Shown: positions 1 to 12,659, counted from the first letter of the stretch. The stretch: DNA of 64,000 nucleotides from Camelus ferus (GCF_009834535.1 NC_045696.1:80168001-80232000); one strand, 5' to 3'. Notes: generated from the sequence alone by a model not told the origin. Program-made: numbers and translations.

Positions 1-960
1 CATTCACAATCCTTCCACTTCTGTGCAATTTTATTTTATGTTCTTTTAATGGAAAGGAAGCTTCTACCTGTTAGAGAAATAAATTCTTCCTCTGGCGTTG
101 TCTCCCTCAAACAGCACAATATGAATGTAATTGTTGATTTGTTTCAGATAACTCCTACTGAATATATGGGTTCTTTATGACTGAGGAGAATATTAACCTT
201 TTTGTGTTCTCAAGAATGAATCTACCTAGCTCTTCTTGGGAGATAATGAGAAAGGGAGGGGGAGGAGGGCAAAAACAGAATGCGGTTTTGTCTCTCCTCA
301 ATCAAATAGGAGTATAATTTTATTCCAGAATATCACATGTACCTTTCACCTAATTGGCACTACATGAAGAGAACTCAGTGTCCTTGCCCACTGCAGAGGA
401 CTGTCACAGCGTTTTCAGGTTAGGTTATTTTGAGGGAGAATGCATTTTACAGTGCTCTTAGAACATTAGTGTCATTCAGGGCTTCAATTTCCATAGTCTT
501 GAAGCAACGCACATTTCCCTTCAACTCTGGGCTTGTGTATTGCCTTTGACTTAAGGAGAAACTTGTCAGTCTTTCTGAGCACTGCGCCATCTCCCTGGTC
601 AGTGATAAGTGGGCGATAAAGTAACAGACATGGCAGTGGCACTGCTTATGTCAGGTGGGTACACACTGAACTCTTCAGTGTGTGATTCTGACTTCCCATC
701 TACTCTCAGAGGAAGCTGACATGTCTGTTATGACTGATTGTAAGAAAGACTTTGAGGGCTCCAAGAAAGGAGAGTTACTTTTGGCTGGGTTCTTAGACGT
801 TTTCATAGAAGAGCTGGCATTTGAGATGAGACTTAAAAGGATGGGAACATTTGATGAGGAGTTGCTGGGGGAAGGGCATGAGGGATGGAGAGAAGGCCGG
901 ATGCACTGGCAATGGGAATGGGGAGAAGTGTTAAAGGAAGAGTGACAGTATGGCTGGATG

Positions 961-1147
961 CAGTGATATTTCTGAGCCATGGCTGCACATGAGAATTACT
1001 CGGGGGAACTTTTCTTCAAAGATAGCTGTGCTGGGCCCCACCTTGGATCATATAAATTGGAATGTTTTGTGGAGGGAGTCAAACCTCAGTGTTTTTTGTA
1101 AAGCTCCCAAGATTATCCTAAGCTGCACACAGAGTTGAGAAGCTCTG
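961..1147. mobile_element. MER5A-like hAT-Charlie MITE
   Basis: cagtg...ggctgcacatgagaattactcggggaact...gggccccacc...aagctcccaagattatcctaagctgcacacagagttgagaagctctg, typical degraded MER5 layout. Confidence 0.6.
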
Positions 1148-1559
1148 AGCTACACAGAGAATACAAGCAGTCCTTGGAGATGTGCCCAAAGAGTAGATGA
1201 GTTAGGAACAATTTCTTTTTTTAATGTTTTGAAAGGCATATGGTTTATTAGTTTTCCCACCATAATAGTGCTACATGTCATGTATTTTATGAGTAAAAAG
1301 TATAAAGTAAATCCTTAAAATTTTGTTGGTAATGAAGAAAAATATCTTATTAAAGATATACCATGTGCCAAGAACTGTGCTCAGTGGTTTGTTTTGAGAA
1401 TATTGCAAAAACATAGAAGTCATGAGAGAAGTTCTGGGATGTCAGACATCTACAGTTTTGAGAATTTACTGCTTTGGTGAGGTAATGAGAACACGCACAC
1501 ATTTAAAGGCTCTGGGTTTTGAAGAATGAGAATATTTTAAAAGGGGGCAGGCACGTGGA

Positions 1560-1710
1560 TTATGAAGTCAGTTGTGAATTCAGATCCCAGCCTTGCCACT
1601 TACCAGCTGTTGTAGACTCGAGCCTCATGTTCTCATCCTTAAACCCACAGCTTTGCTCTGAGATTTGAGTGAAACATCTGTAGAGCACCTGGCAAGTTGC
1701 CTCACCTAGC
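1560..1710 (+). mobile_element. MIR SINE fragment
   Basis: ttcagatcccagccttgccacttaccagctg...gcctcatgttctcatc MIR core. Confidence 0.55.
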
Positions 1711-2675
1711 AAGAAAAAGATAATTTTTATAGAGTATACATATTTATTAAATTGATTAAACCTCATTCCTGAGTGTACACTGAATTTTGTTCCTTTAGTA
1801 GGAGGCATGTGCAGTAATTGGTAGGCAGAAAACAACATTGCAGAGTCATCTATCCTGCAGTGAGCTGGGCAATTTGAGGCTGTATTTGCCACAAATTCAT
1901 CAGGTGCTTTAACTCAAGATCTACATTTTTTTTTTTTTAAGGCAGAATCCTCTTTCAGTACTTTGCAGGGGATGCAGCTTTGAACAAAAGCAGCAGATAA
2001 ATGTATTTATGCATGCTTTATTGGCTATGACACTCATAAATTTGCTCCTGACCCTCAGTTTTCTGTATCTGTAAAGATATTGCATAACTTTGGTTATACT
2101 TCTCAGGTCAGTTTCAAGTTACGTGGAAGGCTCTTCTTAAACTAGGTGACCTTGGAAATATCTGGTTTCGCTACATTCTCCAGTCCATGAAAATAATGTC
2201 CCTTCTTATTGAATAAAACTAGAGAATGTTTCCAGAATGAAGAAGGATAAGGGGAAGGGGAGCTAGGAGACAGATCTTTAAGGGTGCCAGGAAGACTCTT
2301 GCATCATAACATACTTGTTTTTAAATATGTTTACTCTGTTATCTGAGCCAGTTATTAATTGACTCATACAATTGAGGCAGTAGCATGTTTTTTAGATTAC
2401 CAGTTTCTCTTGATTTGAAGTCATTAAGACCTTTTGTGAAACAACATCTGAAAATTTAATTCACATGTGTATTCTAGTAAACTGTTCTGACCTCCTGCGG
2501 CAGGAAAGCCGTCTGTTATGCTATCTGGAATCCTTCTGAGACAAAACAGCCTTTGTTTTCACACCTTGAGCCATGAAGTGCATTTGTTCTAAAGAATTAA
2601 GAATTTAGCTTGGTAATACTGAAATTTAAAAACAGACCTCATCCCAGAACTGAGGGTAAATAGAATCATATGAGA

Positions 2676-2694
2676 TGACTCCACCTAGTGGACA
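2676..2694 (-). promoter_or_regulatory. Candidate CTCF motif in NCEH1 intron
   Basis: Reverse complement TGTCCACTAGGTGGAGTCA matches CCASYAGRKGGCRS with two mismatches at the 3' end. Confidence 0.4.
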
Positions 2695-3264
2695 AAATCA
2701 TGTACTCCTACTCCATTCACCCATTAAATGGAACGATGTACCAGCAGCTTTAAGACAGTGAAAATCAACTGGAGAAGAAAATATTTCTGATGATTAATTG
2801 ATTATCACAGATGTCAAAGCTTAAAAAAAGGAATCAGAAAACTTATGTTATCTGTTACAAGGCAACCACTAAAGGAATTTCTTATTGCATTTAGTGTTTT
2901 AAAATGTAGTAATTCCTGAATGACCAGATCCACATTCACTACTTATCAAAGTATTTCACAAATGTTTGTCGATGCGTCTGCATGAATGTCTAGATATTTA
3001 ATTACCTAGAATTTAGATAGGGGAAATAAATAGCCCTACATAGAGTAGTATGGAAAAAACTAGTTTCTAATTACAAATTGGAAATCCAAAGGGTATTAGC
3101 TGACTGTTACTAGATTTTAATTAAGTAATTAGTTTCTTTCCTATCTTGTTTTGATATGTATTTGATTTATTTTATAAATCAGGTAACTTTTCTATGCCTC
3201 AGTTTCCTCCTTTGCAAAATGAAGGTATGTTAATAACTCAGAAAAGCTTTACTAGATGGATGAT

Positions 3265-3560
3265 TATGTGCCCAGCACACTTATAGATACACACTGGAAA
3301 CACAGTCCTTGATATCAGAGAACACACTCTTTAGAGGAAATGCATAAAGAAATCATGTTAATATGAGGCAATATGAACCACAGTATACCCCAGTACATAG
3401 AAGTATCAAGGGATGGTAGCCAGCTCAGCCCCAGAGGCAAGCAGAGTGATAGTCAAGGAAAGGCTGCCTGAAGGAGCAAGCCCTCAAGGAATGGTTGAAG
3501 GGTGAGTGAGAAGTAATAATAGCAAGGAGGGAGGGTAGAGACTGAGAGGGCTCTCTAAGC
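3265..3560 (-). mobile_element. L2 LINE fragment
   Basis: tatgtgcccagcacac...cacagtccttgatatcagagaacacactct...gtcaaggaaaggctgcctgaaggag, degraded L2 3' region. Confidence 0.5.
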
Positions 3561-4334
3561 TGAGACTACCAATGTGGATCTGTAAGATGATATTATAGGT
3601 GGGGCATTTGACAAAACCAGGGTTTTGGGGGCTCTTAAGAGAATATGAATCCTACTAAGTGTACAGAGTAGGATCCCAAAGGGACTCTGATCCTGCAAAG
3701 TGGGGCGGTAGGAGAAGCCCCAGAGGGCCTGCCCTGGGCCATCTGGGGACTTGGCTTCCCTTTTGCTGGTTGACAACTGACCTTTCCGCTCCAGCCTTCC
3801 AGGGAGCAAATGCATTGCTTGAGTTTACTGTCAGGCTGGCATGACCTCTTCAGTGGAGTACAGTTTTACTATATTTATCAAGTAAATCATGCAGAATGCC
3901 ATACGGACTCATTAAACTTGGGACCGATGAAGTGGTCATTGCTGCTGAGTCACCTTCTAACCCAGAGGTGTTGTGCATGGAACACTGACTCCCAGAAATA
4001 AAACTCCAGAATCTATTGTGATTCTATCTATATTTTAATAATCAACATCTGCCTTTTACTTCAAAGCTTATGCATTGGTGGTGGTTGCAGGTGTTTGATT
4101 TTACTTTTTTGTTTGGTTTGATGGCTGATAGTAAAAATTACCATTACCAAGTCATTACATTTTTAAACTAAGTATTTGAGTTGCAAGAAAATGAAGTGCT
4201 TATTTTTACATTTATTATTTTATTTCTTATCTGTTTATTTCTGGCTTCAAAAGAACCAGTTTTCCTTTAAACTTTCAATGGTCTGTGAAGAGTTGGTGGA
4301 GTCCTTAAATGAATACAATTTTCTGTCTTCACAG

Positions 4335-4506
4335 ATACAGGCTGGTTCCAACGGTTTATTTTCCTGCGCAGATTCATGATGTTGTACGTGCCACAAAGTA
4401 TTTCCTGCAGCCGGAAGTCTTACACAAATATTCAGTTGACCCGGGCAGAATTGGCATTTCTGGTGACAGTGCTGGTGGGAATTTGGCCGCTGCCCTGGGC
4501 CAACAG
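4335..4506 (+). CDS. NCEH1: NCEH1 (neutral cholesterol ester hydrolase 1 / AADACL1) penultimate coding exon
   Basis: Pyrimidine tract and AG acceptor (ttttctgtcttcacAG, AG at 4333-4334); donor CAG|GTAACA at 4507. The 172-bp exon reads (E)[57 protein letters not shown] and contains the GDSAG nucleophile elbow (Ser codon 4468-4470) of HSL-family carboxylesterases. Confidence 0.97.
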
Positions 4507-5339
4507 GTAACAGACTGCCCTGAGGTGTTGTTGGAGGAAGGAAGGCGGGTGATAATGTTCAGCAGACCAGCACACTGTCCACTAGGCATGGCAAAGTTCT
4601 AGATGGGTGGGCTGGTCACTCGGGGACCAAGTTATTCAGAAGACTGCACTTGGAAAGCTCTCAGAGATCCTTCTGAAGTAGGAAGAGGGGTTATTGAAAG
4701 AAGTGTCATCCCTAAGTGCTTGACTACAAGGCCATGACTACACTTATGTGAGAGGAGGACCAGCATTTTAGAGGGCTCCCTCACTCCCCAGGGATGTGTG
4801 TGGGAGGTGAGTACCCTCCGCTCCTTTTCCACGTTGGACTTGCTAAACAGGACATTTTTGCTTAAATTCCAGTTGCTAAGATTGTTTCCTTAAACTTTGA
4901 CCCAAATTTTAAAAATGTAAAAGCGTTTCCCAAAGGTTTTTTTTTAATATAAAAGAAAAAGTCAGATGGTTCAGCCACTTTAAATGTTATAATACAAGTT
5001 AATCTGAACTTTACCTGATTAAATTCTTTGAAAACTCTGTCTAGCTTTCATAGCAGCCCAAATTTTTGGCAGCTGCGTAAACTCAAAGATAAATACGTTT
5101 TCTTCCTTTTATGGATTAAATACTTTAAGAATAGCATCTTGGTCTTCTTACCTCCAAATTTCTTTTGGCATATTCTCAAATAGTGTCTGCCTTTTCATTT
5201 GTGGTGTGCCTTGATTTCTTCTCTTTTGCTGTAATTAAAGAACTTGGTTCTCTGCGTGGCACTGGTGGGTTTGCTATCCACGTGTCCAGTGCTGTAAGAA
5301 GGAAGTCCTGGTGCCGTGGGGTGAGCATCATGGGCTTTT

Positions 5340-5520
5340 ACAGCAGACAGAACTGGGATAGAGCTCCCCTTTGAGAGCTGTGGGGCGCTGGCAAGTCCAC
5401 TAACCTCTCTGAGCCTCAGAAAAATGATGATCATGCCATCTGATTGCAGGTCTCTTGCCAGGACTTAGTGAGATGATATATATACAGTTCTTGACACACA
5501 TTAATAGTACTATTAACTGA
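5340..5520 (+). mobile_element. MIR SINE fragment
   Basis: agctgtggggcgctggcaagtccactaacctctctgagcctcag...aggacttagtgagatgatata. Confidence 0.6.
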
Positions 5521-6186
5521 TCATTTCCTCTTGCTTTTACAGAGCAGTTATAATTTCCTTGGGGATGGGGTTCTAAAGTCCAGTGTGAAACAAAAAATTA
5601 TACAGCTAAAGTTACCTTGAAGATTGTTTAGTTGCCTATGAAACACAGTGACCTAGTAAGCTGCCTTTTAAATGTTACATGAAAAATGTATCATTTTAGA
5701 CACCAGAATTACAAAATAAGGCAATATATTTGCATTTTGGGGAGGCCTAGGAGAATCGAGGTCTGCTGAGGCAGGAGATTCATTCTGATTCCCATCTCAA
5801 GTTCACTCTTGGGCACACGCTCATTAAATAGAATGGAGCGTGCAGTGCTAGCGCTATTTAAATTCCCACTCTCTCACCAACCATGAGGACCAAAGGTGCA
5901 TCTGAGGAGATACCCTGAGGTCCTATTAAAACACTGTGGAGTCCCATCATCTGTTCATTTAGCTTTTCCTACTCCTCTCCTCTGGAAGAATCAGACTAGT
6001 TTTTTCTCCCTAGTTAGCCATTGCCCTTTTGTGCTAGGGAATACAAAACTAAATAAGGTTCACACATTATCCGTCCATAATACCCAACAAGATCTGTGTA
6101 TTATGCTAAAGGATAGATACAAGTAAAGTGCTGATGGGGTTTTAAAGACCTAAGAGATCATGTGCCTTTAAAGTGTTGACTCAAAA

Positions 6187-6352
6187 GGGTGGGGAAATAG
6201 CTCAGTGGTAGAGCACATGCTTAGCATATAGCAGGTCCTGGGTTCAATTCCCAGTGTCTCCCTTAAAAAGGAAAATGGTATCAAAAAGTATATATAGCCC
6301 AAGAATGGTCTGGTGGCATGTTGAAGATAATAAAAATTGTTATTAAAAAAAT
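6187..6352 (+). mobile_element. tRNA-derived camelid (vic-1-like) SINE with extra 3' segment
   Basis: A box tagctcagtggtagag and B box ggttcaattcc; 17-bp TSD aaagtgttgactcaaaa (6170-6186) / aaagtgttcactcaaaa (6353-6369). Confidence 0.85.
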
Positions 6353-6608
6353 AAAGTGTTCACTCAAAACAATGAGTCACAAACATCACACCTTTCTTAG
6401 AAAATACCCAGCAACTTGAAGGGTGGTAGTGGTGGTGGCAATGGGGACTTATTTTCTTAAACTACATTACTTAATACCATGCCTGTTAAAAATGTAACCC
6501 TTAAGTGCCTCTTTGATTCCAAGTAAAGCATTAGACTACTTTATAAGATATGGTTTCTGTGAAAGGAGCCATTCAAAATGAAATAATATGTCTGCTTTTC
6601 TTCCTCAG

Positions 6609-7226
6609 TTTAATCAAGATGACCACCTAAAAAACAAGCTCAAAGTGCAAGCTTTAATTTACCCAGTTCTTCAAGCACTAGATTTTAACACACCCTCTTA
6701 TCAGCAAAACATGAACACCCCAATCCTACCCCGCTATGTCATGGTCAAGTACTGGGTGGACTACTTCAAGGGCAACTATGATTTTGTCCAGGCAATGATA
6801 GTTAACAATCACACTTCACTTGATGTGGAAGAGGCTGCTGCCCTCAGGGCCCGTCTAAACTGGACATCTCTCTTGCCTGCTTCCATCACAAAGAACTACA
6901 AGCCTGTAGTGCAGACCACCGGCAACGCCAGGATTGTCCAGGAGATCCCTCAGCTGCTGGATGCCCGTTCGGCCCCACTCATCGCAGAACAGGAAGTCCT
7001 ACAGCACCTCCCAAAGACCTATATTCTGACCTGTGAGCATGATGTCCTAAGAGATGATGGAATCATGTATGCCAAGCGTTTGGAGAGCGCAGGTGTGGAG
7101 GTGACCCTTGATCACTTTGAGGATGGCTTCCATGGGTGCATGATTTTCACCAGCTGGCCCACCAACTTCTCAGTGGGAATTCGGACTAGGAATAGTTACA
7201 TCAAGTGGCTGGATCAAAACCTGTAA
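6609..7226 (+). CDS. NCEH1: NCEH1 terminal coding exon
   Basis: [34 protein letters not shown]...[11 protein letters not shown]...[36 protein letters not shown], recognisably the NCEH1 C-terminus. Catalytic Asp codon 7041-7043, His codon 7131-7133, stop TAA 7224-7226; N-glycosylation sequons NHT, NWT, NFS. Confidence 0.98.
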   Translation, partial: FNQDDHLKNKLKVQALIYPVLQALDFNTPSYQQNMNTPILPRYVMVKYWVDYFKGNYDFVQAMIVNNHTSLDVEEAAALRARLNWTSLLPASITKNYKPVVQTTGNARIVQEIPQLLDARSAPLIAEQEVLQHLPKTYILTCEHDVLRDDGIMYAKRLESAGVEVTLDHFEDGFHGCMIFTSWPTNFSVGIRTRNSYIKWLDQNL

Positions 7227-10210
7227 AAGAGTCAAATTTCCAAAAGGCTTGAGCCCCTCTTTACCTCTTGCACTGGCTTTGGAAAGACATTCACTTTTTA
7301 GTCGACTGATTTCCCCTTGTTACTTGTGAGTTACAGAATCTCTATTTCCTGCAGACTTTATGTTCACTTAATTTTTAAACATAATTCTGACTAACATAAG
7401 TGCAAAAACATCTGAATCTAGTTCTCTAAGTGGGCCAGTCTCTCTGTTCTTATTGTTTTAGCCAAACTACTGCTAATAACTCACAGCAGCAGAAAGCAGA
7501 GCTAGGCGCTGGAAATAGCTCTGGTCTTGCCTCCATCAAGACGTTCTTTTTAGAAGAAATTCTTCCAGCTGTGGATGATAGCGTGCCCTTTAATGAGTAA
7601 AGAAATTGTGAGCTCTTCAACTTGTTAGAGTTTACTTTGAGTTCAGAGCAGTGCTAAATGTGTGCACTTTAAGGTCAGTGCTGGGTACCAAGTGCCCTCT
7701 GTTCTTTATGGCTGCATGGCTTTATTTCCTATGGGAATTTTGGCGAAGGTATTCTAGCAAGGATAAGTTTCTCAAATGACTTTCTTCCTTTAGTGTGTTA
7801 ATTTTGTGTGATAGCTGTCTGTAAGTCCAAATGGATTATGATAATCTTGAAGGTTACTTTCTACCACTATTAGAAACTACGAGGTTGCATGCACTGGGTA
7901 TCTTGTGTATCATTACGTTTTTTGGTTATGCCGTCTCCTTTGGGGAGATCTTTTGGGAGCAAATTTATTTAGATTTAGAATAAATTTTCCATTGCAGAAC
8001 AAGTGAAAACAGAGAAATGAACCAACCCATTTTTTCATAATGAGTACTTCTGACATAAATTACCAAGAGTGGTGTGTATATATTTGGCATAGCCAGAAAA
8101 GACGATATGCTTAATATTAAAATTATGAAAAAAATACCTTTAGAGGATCTAGTTTATTCTTGAAAACTCAACTTTTTCACTTACATGGCTTTAAAATGGG
8201 GCTATTTTATATATAATGTATTGTTTATTTTTTAAGTTATTTAAAGTTAATATATATATAGCTAGACAAGATTTTTTTTCAGAATATAAAGTCAGTAATG
8301 AATATTAAAAATAATGATATTTTTTAAAAACTAGCTTAGGTTATAAAAAACTACTTTAGAATTATATCCACATGTAATTTTATGGAAAGAGGTAAAATAG
8401 CTATTAATATTAATATACATAAAGCCTAAATATTTTGATGTTTATATGCATATACAAATTAAAATAATTAGAAACTCTGACTACATCTAGTAAAGTCATC
8501 TCAGCTTATAGTTCAGTAGCTTAGACAAAACACACACTGGTCACTTCTGCTCTCTGTGGTTGGCGGAACTACTTTATACCCTTCTGGGTGACACCTTCAT
8601 TATCTCCTTCCAGCTAGGTCTAAAGTTACCATAGATCAAGCTTAATTTCATGGGAAGCCTTCACTGCCAGTGGGAACATCTTTGGCAGAGCAAGAAACTC
8701 CAATTCTGATTTGAGTCAAGCACCTTTGCCCTCCTTCCTGCACTTCCTACTGTCCCAATCCATGCTGCTTTCAGGGACCACAGAGAGCAGGCGAACAGCC
8801 ATGTCATGATAGGATAAATTCATCAGTGGAGGGAAAGTAGAACCTTTCCGCTCATTTGAAAGATGAGTATTTGCCACTTATGGGGATGAAATAACAAATG
8901 AAAATCTGCATATTTATTTTTTATTTATCGTATAGGCCAGGAGCATTTTATGTACAAAACCGAAGTAAATGCGACAGTGAGTGTAAGTGTGTGTCTGTGT
9001 GTGTATAAAAATAATCATGCAAATTAACATGCTAAGGTACTCAGGAAAGTCACCATCTCCAAGCCTCTTTTCCCTTTCCTCTAAAATCAGAGAATTGAAT
9101 TACTTCATCTTTGAGGTCTCTTGCAATTATAAATTTCCAGCCATTTTGTCAGACTGGCAAATTGTATTGGCCTCTTCTTCAGCAGTGTTTTTTTAATAGG
9201 TCCTTATTCCATATATACAGACAGATGCAAGATAAATTTTTTTTCTAAAAAACTGGAATTTTAGTTCTTATTCTGACAGCTACCCTCCTTACTTAATAGT
9301 ATTCTTTCTGATACCATTTGTAGGAACCAATGTTTGGACCTTATTTTGAGGTTATCTACCTCTAAGAAAGCAAAGAAAATATAATACGTGCAAAGAATTC
9401 CTTAAAATGGCATTTTTTTCCCCACCAGAATTGTGACCCAAACCTTATAGTAATTACAGACAATGAGTGACTCTAGAATCTGGAGGACTCTCTCGGGTGA
9501 AAGGGAGTGGAAGAAGAAAGGGGCCAAGCACTGTTTCTGACGAAGTGCCTGAGTTTCATTAAAGCTTTTATGTGTATGATAAAGATATGCACTTTGTCCC
9601 ACCTCAGGCCTTGGTTGAAGGTCTTCCTTGAAATTTTCCTTGGAATAATAACAATTGGGAATTATGATATGCAAAACCCACTAGATACAAGGCTGGTGAA
9701 ACCAACCAAAAATCAGAATGCTAGGAACTCCTTTGGGAACCTACAGAGTGTATGTTGAAGATATTTTGGTTTTCTCTTAATTTTTGTTCTTATAAAAAAA
9801 AGTGTATGCTCTGCAGACTGATTTCTTTTCTTAATGTTATGCCTTTGTTTTGTTTTCCTATTTTAAGAAAAAGTGGATGGTCTTTTTGTAATATTGTTTG
9901 TGAAATATGAACATAAATATATGAAGAAAAATCTTGAAGTGCAAAATATAGTGGAGTGTAAATCAGTGTTTTATCATTGATTTGTGAAACAGTTAAGACT
10001 ATTGTATAATTATCTTAATGGGTATAATATCTTATGCATGACCTTTTAACCTTTGACTTTTTGCTTATTTCCCACTGCAAAGGGGAAGGCAGGTTTTATG
10101 AAGGATTTCGGTAGCCAGTCTATTTTATAAGATGAAAATCCAGTTGGAGGTAGGAAAGTATCAGTCTGTTTTGATTCATGTTTGTAAATAAAATGACTCC
10201 ATCGGGGAAT
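7227..10210 (+). other. NCEH1: NCEH1 3'UTR (inferred, ~3 kb)
   Basis: Repeat-poor, AU-rich sequence from the stop codon to AATAAA at 10187, followed by U/GU-rich sequence. The end point is inferred, not observed. Confidence 0.65.
10187..10192 (+). terminator. Probable NCEH1 polyadenylation signal (AATAAA)
   Basis: tttgtaAATAAAatg with UGUA immediately upstream and a pyrimidine/GU-rich tract at ~10210-10245. Confidence 0.65.
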
Positions 10211-11899
10211 GTGCCTCTTTTACTTCCTTTCGTCTCATTTTCTGATTCCCATCTCTCTCTGTCTCTCCATGTCCCAGATCCCTGGCCACAGTTGCCCCCA
10301 AATCTTCTGCCCCCCAGAGTCTTCCAACTGCCTTTCAATCACTGAGAAGTGGCTCAGGGGCCTTCTTGATGACATTCATTTCATGTCTGGGTACAGTATG
10401 TGCTGCTCATTTTGGCAACCTGCCCTGGACTGGGTAGAATGTTAAAAAAACAAAACAAAACAAAAAAAACAGGCAGGCCCTGAGACGATCTGGGGACTTT
10501 CAATACACATATTAGGAAGAGATGATCACAGTGCATATAAATTTGGATTTGAACTAGTCCAGCCAAAGAAGTATTGCTATCACTGAAGGCAAGTTTTCAC
10601 ATTGACCTGTCATTACAAGCAAAGCTAATAATTTCACACTTGAGTTTATTATGCTTAGCTCATTTCAATATCAGAAGAATTATTTAAACTTTTTTTTCAA
10701 AGTAAATTGTATGGGTTCTAAATAGTGAAGTACTTGTGGATAAATTAGATTTTCCTATTCAACTAGAGTTATTTTTGTCTTCTCCAACAAAACCTCTGGA
10801 GTGTGGCTATATTTTGCTGGAGGGATCCACTAATAGTTCCAACAGTTCTCCTTTGGGGCATTTAAAATGTACGTCTGTGTTTCAGTATTGTTTTTCTTGT
10901 GATTTTCATTTATTTAACCCCTCATGTTTTTTAAATTAATAACGTTTCATATATTCCAGTGGGTCCCCTATTTAAACACCTAGAAGATATTGCTATCAGC
11001 ATCATATTCCCCGGCTCTCAGAGACTGGAAATGTAAGTATGATTCTAGTAGGCATTCATGTATTTCCTGTCACTCAGCACCAGCACTTTGTGTCATTAGA
11101 GAGAGAGGCCGGGGCATTTTGGGTCTTGTTTGGAAGATTCCTCCCAGATTTTCTCATCACTGGTTCCTTACTAATGTTTCAGATTGACAGCTTTGCCTTC
11201 TCAGGTAGAGTGTCTACCCAAACTCGACCCAGCCCTTCCAATCCCCACCCTTCTCTTCAGCCCCAGGCTCTCCATCTTATAGTCATTGTTTTCTGTTTCA
11301 CGTCTGCAATTCTTATTCATTATTTGATTGTATGTTTGTTTTCTGTTTTTCATTTACTTTAATGTAAGCACATAGTGGACTTTGAAAATGCGTTTTGAAT
11401 AAATCAATCCTCACCAAGAACAATTGAGCTTATAAGAATTAAGGTATTATTTTCTATGTGTTTCTTCTAGAAGTAGATAAAGTTTATGTCAAATATAAAA
11501 AGTTCCTTAAGAGTGAAAAGTTACTGTCCTCAAAACTAAATATTTCCAAACAAAATTAAATAATTCAAAGTAATTTCAGTCCCAATTTTACCAAATTTTA
11601 AAGCAGAAAATGTTTTTGACTTAGTGGATAAAGTGAAGTTTTTTTTTTTTTTCTCTCAAACTCTTAAGCTGAATTTCATGGGACACTTGTGGAATGTGTT
11701 TTATAGATCATTCTTTTAGGGCAGTTTACAGCAGTTTATTTAACACAGCAAAAATCTCAGTATCTGTTAAGAGAAATACAGGAAGGACTTGAGTGGTGGA
11801 AAGTTTTCCCAATCATCAGTTGTATCATAACTGTAAGCAGAGGATTTTGTTCCCGTCAATGACAAGTCACAACGGAAGGTCCCCCTGACAGGAATTACA

Positions 11900-12240
11900 G
11901 CTCGTTAAAAATGACTGTAAATTCTTTGCCACTCTTTCTAGTAAGCAGTGGCGTCAGAAGTTTTCCCTTGCCTTGAATCGGGCTGATCCTTGATTTGCTT
12001 TTTACCAATAGAATCTGGTGGAATAATACTGGATCACTTCCAAACTTGGATCTTAGGAGAAACAAAGCTTCCCACTTTCTCACCCTCGGATGCTCCATCT
12101 TGGAATCCAGGTACCATGCTTTTAGAATTCCAGCTCGGGAGGAAAGGCCATGTGGAGGAGAACCAAGTCACTCAGCTAGTAGTCAGCAGCAACTGCCAGC
12201 CTTTCTTCGCCACCTCCCGTCAGACTTAGGATGCCGGGGG
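11900..12240 (+). mobile_element. Old MaLR LTR fragment (MLT1F/G/H-like)
   Basis: aaatgactgtaaattctttgccactc...ccttgaatcgggctgatccttgatttgctttttaccaatagaat...ggccatgtggaggagaac. Confidence 0.55.
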
Positions 12241-12570
12241 CAACAGTTCATGTTTCAACACACCTGGCTCCATACTTCAGAAAGCGTGGGATGGGGTATT
12301 CCTGGAAGTGATTCCTCTGACTGGGCGAGTCAGCAATAACTCAAGGGGATCAGCTGCAATTCCCATAGATACATCCCACTGAATCCAAGCTAAATGCGTC
12401 CCCAGCTCAATTTTCCCTTGACTGGGTCCCCAGAATGCCTGCAGTCACTCTAAGCCACACAACACACGGAGAATTGTGATGGAGGAGAAACTGGAGAGGG
12501 AAGAGTCACCAATGATAACCAACTGCACTTAAAAGGTATTTTAACCTTTGCGTTTTTAAAAAAGCAATTA

Positions 12571-12659
12571 GGGGGTGAGTATAGCTCAGCGGTAGAATGA
12601 ATGCTTAGCATGCCCAAGGTCCTGAGTTCAATCACCAGTACCTCCATTAAAAAAAATTT
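12571..12659 (+). mobile_element. tRNA-derived camelid (vic-1-like) SINE, short form
   Basis: gggggtgagtatagctcagcggtagaatgaatgcttagcatgcccaaggtcctgagttcaatcaccagtacctccatt(A)n; TSD aaaaagcaatta at 12559-12570 and 12660-12671. Confidence 0.9.

Larger units (their letters stand above)
4507..6608 (+). other. NCEH1: NCEH1 last intron (GT-AG, phase 0, 2102 bp)
   Basis: GT at 4507-4508; tctgcttttcttcctcAG ending 6608. Splicing joins GQQ to FNQD in frame. Confidence 0.95.

Noticed and set aside
582..602. CTCF-like gcgccatctccctgg
   Set aside because: Spacing is one base off the core consensus; too weak to call
682..945. Acidic 87-aa ORF
   Set aside because: Purine-rich degraded L2-like intronic sequence, with no domain
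4176..4334. ORF segment [12 protein letters not shown] upstream of the exon as an additional NCEH1 exon
   Set aside because: Different frame from the exon, only superficial similarity to the preceding NCEH1 exon, and it runs into the polypyrimidine tract. The real upstream exons lie outside the window.
5817..5842. Hairpin cacgctcatt...aatggagcgtg in the last intron as a structured ncRNA
   Set aside because: The stem is only ~10 bp with a bulge, too short for a pre-miRNA, and there are no snoRNA boxes
6588..6608. ATG at 6588 as the start of an independent 212-aa protein
   Set aside because: It lies in the acceptor pyrimidine tract, and the product would lack the catalytic Ser
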